64,000 nt of DNA from a bacterium. GTDB lineage: Bacteria; Bdellovibrionota_B; Oligoflexia; Oligoflexales; RGVZ01. The notes beneath the pieces were generated by a model, which made no database searches, had not been told where the DNA came from, and saw only the letters and a list, made by a program, of their open reading frames with translations. The DNA lies in NCBI GenBank assembly GCA_010029825.1, contig RGVZ01000003.1:67-64066 (forward strand). The letters are read 5' to 3'. Shown here one piece after another: positions 57,970 through 64,000 of the stretch (the first letter of the stretch is position 1; each line of letters starts with the position of its first letter). The position numbers and the translations under genes were made by a program.

Positions 57970-58506
57970 ATGACCCGCCCAATCCAGTTTCCAGCCATGG
58001 CGCTGACGGTATTTGCTTTGACATCGTGCGGTGCGCCCGCGCCAGGATCGGCGCAATCAGACTCACAGTTGTCCGCCGTCGTTCCTGCCGCGTCGGGAAA
58101 CGCGTCTTATGAAATCGAACTTGTCGATGTGGAATTGTGCCACAAGCAAAATGCCCTCGCGGAAAGTAACATCGAAGGCTTCACTTCGTTCTTGCCTCCG
58201 GATTCCCTGATCTGTCGCGCGCGTCCGGATCTACTGCGAGCTTTCGACGGCTTCAGTGTCCTCTTCGGAACTCTCAGCGTCGCCTGTTCATTCCCGGGTC
58301 CTGCGCAGGTCGCGTTGCCTGTATTTTCCGTCAGTGGCGCGGCGGTGTCGTTGCTGTCATTCGGCCTGAAGGGAATATCTTGCGAGGAGCCTGAACCAAA
58401 ACTGACCAGTGCCCAGATCGAGGTTGTTGAGGCGAAAGTGTGTCAGATGATGGGGAAGACTTATCGCAAGGGACTGGGTCCGGTCGAGCGTTCCCGTTGC
58501 GAGTGA
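57970..58506 (+). CDS. Cys-rich hypothetical lipoprotein
   Basis: RBS AAGGAGA, lipobox LTSC. Confidence 0.7.
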   Translation: MTRPIQFPAMALTVFALTSCGAPAPGSAQSDSQLSAVVPAASGNASYEIELVDVELCHKQNALAESNIEGFTSFLPPDSLICRARPDLLRAFDGFSVLFGTLSVACSFPGPAQVALPVFSVSGAAVSLLSFGLKGISCEEPEPKLTSAQIEVVEAKVCQMMGKTYRKGLGPVERSRCE

Positions 58507-58832
58507 GGCCCGTCGTCGCTCCGCACAAAGTCTGGCTTGCCGTCACCATCGAAATCGTACGCGGTTTCGATGGAGCCTTGCGCCGCTCCGCCCCTTTGTA
58601 CCTGAATCATGTCAGGGCGTCCGTCGCCGTCGATATCCCAGCCGGTCGTCCTGGCTTCAGGCGAATCAGGCAAATTTGGTACAGGGACACGGACCGGGAG
58701 TGGCGTCGCCGCCGATGCCACCGCCGCTGTCAGGCCAAGGAAGACATGGGCGCCAAAGGCGACAAGGACCACAGCCGGAATGAATTCCAGTTTTCCGGCG
58801 GATGTTTCTCGCGCGATGTTGCCGTGTTCCAT
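58461..58832 (-). CDS. Small secreted protein with two DxDGDG Ca-binding loops
   Basis: RBS GAGGAG; WDIDGDGRPD and YDFDGDGKPD. Confidence 0.7.
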   Translation of the reverse strand: MEHGNIARETSAGKLEFIPAVVLVAFGAHVFLGLTAAVASAATPLPVRVPVPNLPDSPEARTTGWDIDGDGRPDMIQVQRGGAAQGSIETAYDFDGDGKPDFVRSDDGPHSQRERSTGPSPLR

Positions 58833-58994
58833 TGCGTTCTCCTCGCGGTTCGTCCTGATTCAACCCTCATGTTGATTCGTCATCACGGCGAGTTGGCTTG
58901 AACTGTGCCTCTTTGGCAGATCCTTTCTTGATCCCGGAATCAAACGCCAAATCAGAAGGTTGCGTTCCCGCTGCGGCCGTGGAATCATTTCCGG

Positions 58995-60374
58995 ATGAGA
59001 AAAATCAGACTTTGTTTATTGGCATCATTGGCGTCCTTGGCATCCCTGTCAGGGCTCCTGTTGTCGGCGACCCCGCCTGAACGGATGGCCATCGTGGATA
59101 TTTCGTCCGCGGGCCCATCCAATCTAAACATCTTGAAAAAGCTCGGCGGGATTTCCTGGTGGACGGAAATGGGAGGTAGTTTGATCGTCTCCGCCAACGC
59201 GCGCGGATTCGCCAACATGGACAGTACCGGGTTTGTCGCGAGAGTCCTTCCCGACCTGACAACAGCCGACGACCTGCGCGTCCTGATCGCGGGACATTCC
59301 TCCATGGCACTTCCCGCCGGTGTCAACACTCTCGCGGATGAAGGTCGCGCGCGACTCGTTCGTGGCGACAGCGCCGCGTTGTCCGCGCTGGATCAATCGA
59401 ACGTCGACCATGGGATTCATGTCGGCGTATTTCCCGTCGAGCCAGGAAAAGTGATCCTCAGATCCGCCACGAACCAGGATGTGCCGCGTCGCGTCTCGCA
59501 GCGCGAATCCTTTATGGTCAATGACGTCGCGCGCAAGGTCAGCAAGGACCGCTGGTGGGCTGACGTCCGGAAACTTGCCGCATGGAACCGTCACATTTCC
59601 GCGACTGGGAATATTGAGGCGCGTGACTGGATCAAGATGAACCTGGCGGCCATCCCCGGCATGGAAGTGACCCTGCAGGAGTTTCGTGTGGCGGGCCGTT
59701 CTGCCTGGAATGTTGTCGGAATCCTTCCCGGCGAGCGCATGGTCGATGACTCCGGTTCCGCCAGCGCGAACGACCGCGGACTTGTCATCGTCGGTGGCCA
59801 TTTCGACTCGACATCGGAACGGGCTTCCTACGCCGCGCCCGGAGCAGAGGACAACGCCAGTGGCGCCGCCGGGGTCATTGAACTGGCCCGCGTGATGGCT
59901 GACGTTCCCCACTCGGAGGATATCGTGTTCGCGGCATTCTCCGGTGAGGAACAGGGTTTATATGGTTCGGCCGCTTTCGTGGAAAAGTTGGTGGAAGGCC
60001 TGCCTGAACAGGAAACAAGCCGTGTTCGTGGCGTGATTACCATGGACATGATTGGTTATTCCCGGTCCGGAACCTCCGGTCAGCCAGGCGTCATCATCGA
60101 GACGGAAAGCCAGTATTCTGATTTCGCGCGCCGGTTTGTCGAGGCCGCGGCCGAAGTTACGAATTTACGCGTGACGACTTCGTTCAATCCATTTGGCAGC
60201 GATCATGTCTCGTTCCTTGATGCCGGGATACCGGCGATCCTGGCCATCGATGCCGACTGGAACCATTACGCGCATTATCACAAGACGACCGACACTCCTG
60301 ACAAGCTCACGCCGGAACTGGCGTACGAGATCTTGAAGATGAACGCGGCAGTGACGGCCTTGTTGGCGCGCTGA
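58995..60374 (+). CDS. Secreted M28 family aminopeptidase
   Basis: GHFDS, PGAEDNASG, SGEEQG, DMIG, SDH and YHKTTD. Confidence 0.92.
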   Translation: MRKIRLCLLASLASLASLSGLLLSATPPERMAIVDISSAGPSNLNILKKLGGISWWTEMGGSLIVSANARGFANMDSTGFVARVLPDLTTADDLRVLIAGHSSMALPAGVNTLADEGRARLVRGDSAALSALDQSNVDHGIHVGVFPVEPGKVILRSATNQDVPRRVSQRESFMVNDVARKVSKDRWWADVRKLAAWNRHISATGNIEARDWIKMNLAAIPGMEVTLQEFRVAGRSAWNVVGILPGERMVDDSGSASANDRGLVIVGGHFDSTSERASYAAPGAEDNASGAAGVIELARVMADVPHSEDIVFAAFSGEEQGLYGSAAFVEKLVEGLPEQETSRVRGVITMDMIGYSRSGTSGQPGVIIETESQYSDFARRFVEAAAEVTNLRVTTSFNPFGSDHVSFLDAGIPAILAIDADWNHYAHYHKTTDTPDKLTPELAYEILKMNAAVTALLAR

Positions 60375-60391
60375 GTCCCAGGTCCGCCAGA

Positions 60392-61924
60392 TCAATCAAG
60401 CCAGACACGGTAATGGCGCGCGCCCAGGGTTGCCTCGAAGACGACCCCGCGTGGTGCCCGGGCGGCCGTCAGTTCGGTGGCCATCTTGCGCAGGTCGAGG
60501 CCCTGCGCCTCGATTCTCACGGCAACATCGCCGGGCACAAGATCAGCAAGATTGCCTACGGCAATCGCTGGCATTTCGAGGTCCACCAAGGTGACAGCCC
60601 CCTCTTGCACGCGGACACGTAAATGCCGTGAATTCCACGAATCACTTGTCGCTGGCGTCTGGGGTCCAGTGTTTTCATGCCGCCTCGCCGGCATGGAAGA
60701 CGCCAGGGCGGGTGCCATGAAACCCTCGAAAATCCGACGCGAATCTACCGGTTCACCAATCAGTTTCAACCCGTGATGCCAACCCTGGACGGTTCGCATC
60801 AGGTAGAGGAACCACGGCGGTCCTGCCGTCCGCAGCCACCATTTGTCGCTGCCCGCGATCTCATCGGTGATGCGCCCCGGGTGCCAGGACGCGGGGTCAA
60901 ATTTCCCGCGGGCCCGGAACGGCTCCAGCAACGCGGGCATCAACTGGTGCAACCGGCCAGACAGTGGCTCAAGTTTCACGGTGTCGAATCCCGCGTTCCC
61001 CAGCAAGGCCATCCAGTCGTCGTCAATTTCGCCGCAGGCGCGCGCGATCATCCTCGCGATGATCTTGACCTGGTCATCGTTGAGCCTGAGCATCGCCCCG
61101 AAATCATAGAGCACCAGTGAGGTTGATCCTGATTCCGCGTCGATCCTGAATCCGTAGTTGCCTGGATTCAGGTCGCAGTGAATGAGGTTCGCCTGGAAGA
61201 TCGCGCGGGCGAGCATCTCAGCCATTATCTCAGGCATCATTTTTGCCGCGTCCCGGATGTGTTTGTGCCCGATGACATCGCGAAGTCCGCGCAATTCTTC
61301 CGGGGACGTCGATGGCTCAAAGGACTGGGTAAGCACACCGGTGCTCGAGTACGCCTCGAATACCCGTGGTACCACCAGCCACGGCGCCCTCACCTTGGCG
61401 CGGAATTCGTCCTGGTAACGCGCCTCCGCGCGGTAATTGATTTCCTCGAGCAATTTTTCCTTCAGGAACTGCCCCCAGGATTCACGCGTGAATCCATAGG
61501 CGCGCGCCGGGCTGCGCGCGGCGAGATCGACAAAGTCGTCCACCTGGCGCGCGATCTCGTCCGCAAGCCCGGGAAACTGGACTTTGATGGCGACGTGTTC
61601 TCCTGATTTCAGCTTTGCCTCGTGGACCTGGGACAGGGACGCGACGCGGGCGTCTTCTGAAATACGGTCAATCTCCCGCGCCAATGCCGGCGCGTCTGCC
61701 TCGATCCGTTGCCGGACTTCTTCCATGGTCATTCGCGCGGCAGGACGCGGCGTGGTGTCCATGCTGGATCGCATCGCGATGATCTGCGCGACTTTCGCCG
61801 GCAGTCCAGGCTGGTCGAGCAGGCTGGTGACCAGGTATTCGCGCGCCCGTCTGCCGGTCAGGGCAGACCTGGCAGCGGCGGCGATTCCGATGCCGGAATA
61901 TTTGATCAGCTTGCCCAGCCTCAA
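60392..61924 (-). CDS. ABC1/UbiB family atypical kinase with C-terminal extra domain
   Basis: AKVAQ, ASLSQVH, VAIKVQFPG, EEINY..EA, HCDLNPGN and YDFG. Confidence 0.9.
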   Translation of the reverse strand: MRLGKLIKYSGIGIAAAARSALTGRRAREYLVTSLLDQPGLPAKVAQIIAMRSSMDTTPRPAARMTMEEVRQRIEADAPALAREIDRISEDARVASLSQVHEAKLKSGEHVAIKVQFPGLADEIARQVDDFVDLAARSPARAYGFTRESWGQFLKEKLLEEINYRAEARYQDEFRAKVRAPWLVVPRVFEAYSSTGVLTQSFEPSTSPEELRGLRDVIGHKHIRDAAKMMPEIMAEMLARAIFQANLIHCDLNPGNYGFRIDAESGSTSLVLYDFGAMLRLNDDQVKIIARMIARACGEIDDDWMALLGNAGFDTVKLEPLSGRLHQLMPALLEPFRARGKFDPASWHPGRITDEIAGSDKWWLRTAGPPWFLYLMRTVQGWHHGLKLIGEPVDSRRIFEGFMAPALASSMPARRHENTGPQTPATSDSWNSRHLRVRVQEGAVTLVDLEMPAIAVGNLADLVPGDVAVRIEAQGLDLRKMATELTAARAPRGVVFEATLGARHYRVWLD

Positions 61925-62027
61925 TTCAGTGAACCCTCAGAATACCCATTTCGCGGCAGCGAGCTCGACAGTCGCGATGAATGAGCATGGTGTTCCCGGC
62001 GTGATTCCCAGGCTCGATCATAGCATG

Positions 62028-63326
62028 TCACGCGGCTTTTCTTGCCCTTCGCAATTCCTTGCGCAGCCTCTTCCTGAAGAAGATGTCGTCCACCGTGATT
62101 GTATGGCGCGGAGTTGCCAGTTGATTGTAATCGGGATGCTCCACCTCCTGGCGGATCCGCGCCTCCAGATCCGCTGGCGCGGACCAGAGCCCGGCCAGAT
62201 GGCGCGCGGCGATTTTCGATTGCAACTCGGCGCCGGGCCAGATGCAGCCGAGAGGCTGGAACAATCCGATGAAGTAACAATTCTTCAAGTTGCCCGGCAA
62301 GAAACGGAGATAAAGCGGCACAGGGCCGCGCGAGAAATCAACCACGGACTTGTCAAGGAACGGATGGTCGATCCAATATCCCGTCGCGTAAATCACCGCG
62401 TCAAATTCCTGGGTGGTTCCGTCCTTGAACCGGACCGTATTGCCATCGAACCGGTCAATGTCGACGCGTGGTCTCACGCGCCCGTGGCGGATGAAGTAAT
62501 AAAGTTCCGAGTTAACCGTGGGGTGCGTCGATCCGAACCAGTGATCTGGATTTTGCAGGCCGATCCGTGAATTTTTCCCGAGCAGTACCCGCAACAGGAT
62601 CTCGCTGATGATGATCTTGGCCCAGCGCGGAAAGAACGAGAATTTGTAGTAGAACGCGTCGGACGGGTTACCCAGGACAAATTTTGGAACCAGCCAGTAT
62701 CCACGTCGCCAACTGATTTCCGTGTACTTGCTGACGCGGCTGGTCTCGACCGCGATGTCGCACGCGGAATTGCCGCCGCCGACGACGAGGACCCGCTTGT
62801 CCCTGTATGGCTCGGCCCGCTTGAACGAGTGGGAATGGCTGACCTCGCCGGAAAAGGTTCCCGGATACTCCGGCCAACGTGGTTTCCAGTGATGACCATT
62901 GCAGATGGCCAGGGCGTCGAAGGTTGATGTGCGTGTGCGGCCGCCGGTTTCAACCGAGACGTTCCATCGTCCATCAGGCAGCGGGTCGCACTTCTTGACC
63001 ATCGTGTTGAACTGGATCAGCGGCATCAGTTGGAAGTGCCGCGCGTAACCCTGGAAATAGTCCAGCAACTGCGAGTGGTGGGGATAGTCGGGCGCTTCTG
63101 CCGGCAGTGGATAATCCTCGTACTGCGAACTGATCTTTGAACTGATGATGTGTGTCGTTTCAAAGACGCTTGCGTGTTCCGTGTTGTCGTGGAATCGCCA
63201 GTTGCCACCGACCTGTTCGCCGGCCTCGAAAACCGTGACGTCGAACCCGAGATCCGTGAAGTTCTTCGCGGCGGTGATCCCGCTCGGTCCGGCGCCAATG
63301 ACGCAGACGCGTTTACCCGTCTTCAT
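62028..63326 (-). CDS. Flavin-containing monooxygenase
   Basis: GAGPSG, FSGEVSHSHSF (FMO motif), GGGNSACD and ATGY. Confidence 0.92.
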   Translation of the reverse strand: MKTGKRVCVIGAGPSGITAAKNFTDLGFDVTVFEAGEQVGGNWRFHDNTEHASVFETTHIISSKISSQYEDYPLPAEAPDYPHHSQLLDYFQGYARHFQLMPLIQFNTMVKKCDPLPDGRWNVSVETGGRTRTSTFDALAICNGHHWKPRWPEYPGTFSGEVSHSHSFKRAEPYRDKRVLVVGGGNSACDIAVETSRVSKYTEISWRRGYWLVPKFVLGNPSDAFYYKFSFFPRWAKIIISEILLRVLLGKNSRIGLQNPDHWFGSTHPTVNSELYYFIRHGRVRPRVDIDRFDGNTVRFKDGTTQEFDAVIYATGYWIDHPFLDKSVVDFSRGPVPLYLRFLPGNLKNCYFIGLFQPLGCIWPGAELQSKIAARHLAGLWSAPADLEARIRQEVEHPDYNQLATPRHTITVDDIFFRKRLRKELRRARKAA

Positions 63327-63471
63327 GACCGCCTCCTTCGCGACAATCTTCGTTGTCCAGACAGGAATTCGGCAAATTCGGGCAAACGATGAAGGTACCG
63401 GTCGCGAAAACTTCGCAGGACCCCGAAACTATCCGATTGTGCCAATAGTTCCGGGGTCTTGTCGCGTTGGG

Positions 63472-63954
63472 TCAGCTCGCGCGGAAGCCCTGCGTGAAGG
63501 CCAGCTGGTAGCCCGTGCCGGTGTTGCGGAACCGGGTAAACTTGATCAACTGTTCCCCGGGTTGAATCGCCCAGTCGCAGCGCTCGAGCTGGTCGGTGGC
63601 GAGGATCTCGCGCAGGTCGGCGAGCGCCGGGACCAGGTGGGTGGACATGTGGACCGACTCATCCCACGACGCCCAGCTCAGCTGTTCGACGAGGTTGGTC
63701 AGATAATGCTCCGCGTCGGATCGCGTGGCCGGCGCGCATGTGGCATCCGCGGTCGGAACGGCCTCTTTTTCCGTCCATCCAAAAAACTCGATCGGTCGTC
63801 CATCCCGCGTGATGTCGGTCATGATCGAGAAGAGACTCATCAACGCCTTGCTGTCCTCGATTTTTTCCAGCCTGTCGAGGCGTGACGCCTCCGCGATCGC
63901 CAGGGATCCAGTCAACACAGCCATCATCACCGGGAACAAGAAAAATTTTTTCAT
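63472..63954 (-). CDS. Secreted hypothetical protein
   Basis: RBS GGAGGG; MKKFF signal peptide ending in AEA. Confidence 0.75.
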   Translation of the reverse strand: MKKFFLFPVMMAVLTGSLAIAEASRLDRLEKIEDSKALMSLFSIMTDITRDGRPIEFFGWTEKEAVPTADATCAPATRSDAEHYLTNLVEQLSWASWDESVHMSTHLVPALADLREILATDQLERCDWAIQPGEQLIKFTRFRNTGTGYQLAFTQGFRAS

Positions 63955-63981
63955 GGCAAACTTCCCTCCAGGCGCGAGAGA

Positions 63982-63998
63982 AGCGCAAGGTGTGCCAA
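63982..63998 (-). promoter_or_regulatory. Possible sigma54 promoter
   Basis: TTGGCACACCTTGCGCT (GG-N10-GC) upstream of the 63954 start. Confidence 0.5.
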
Positions 63999-64000
63999 GT

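Overview
A GC-rich, densely coding bacterial chromosomal segment with about 57 CDS and one tRNA-Ala(GGC). I see no CRISPR array, prophage or transposase. The gene content (many orphan lipoproteins, OmpA with an N-terminal barrel, REC-PilZ, VKOR-DsbA, sigma54/sigma28-like promoters) suggests Bdellovibrionota/Oligoflexia, but this is inference only. Housekeeping genes (rlmL, rlmD, kynA, dapC/dapD, rsmA, tsaD, cpoB, DEAD-box helicase, pip, MoxR-DUF58-transglutaminase, tcdA, tatD) are interspersed with accessory loci. The most notable are: (1) an uncharacterised amide-forming cluster (GH3 ligase, Zn peptidase and Ddl-like ATP-grasp, divergent from lipoprotein, alpha/beta hydrolase and enolase-superfamily enzyme, plus a convergent PLP aminotransferase) with an AT-rich palindrome between the arms; (2) a ferritin-like DUF455 domain fused to an ATP-grasp domain; (3) a lipoprotein with clan-CD peptidase motifs split by 16 tandem LKxGD repeats; (4) a REP-like GCTCAGRATGAC element, tandemly amplified at two loci, that supplies a stop codon at both. 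All calls come from motif recognition by eye; no database searches were run.
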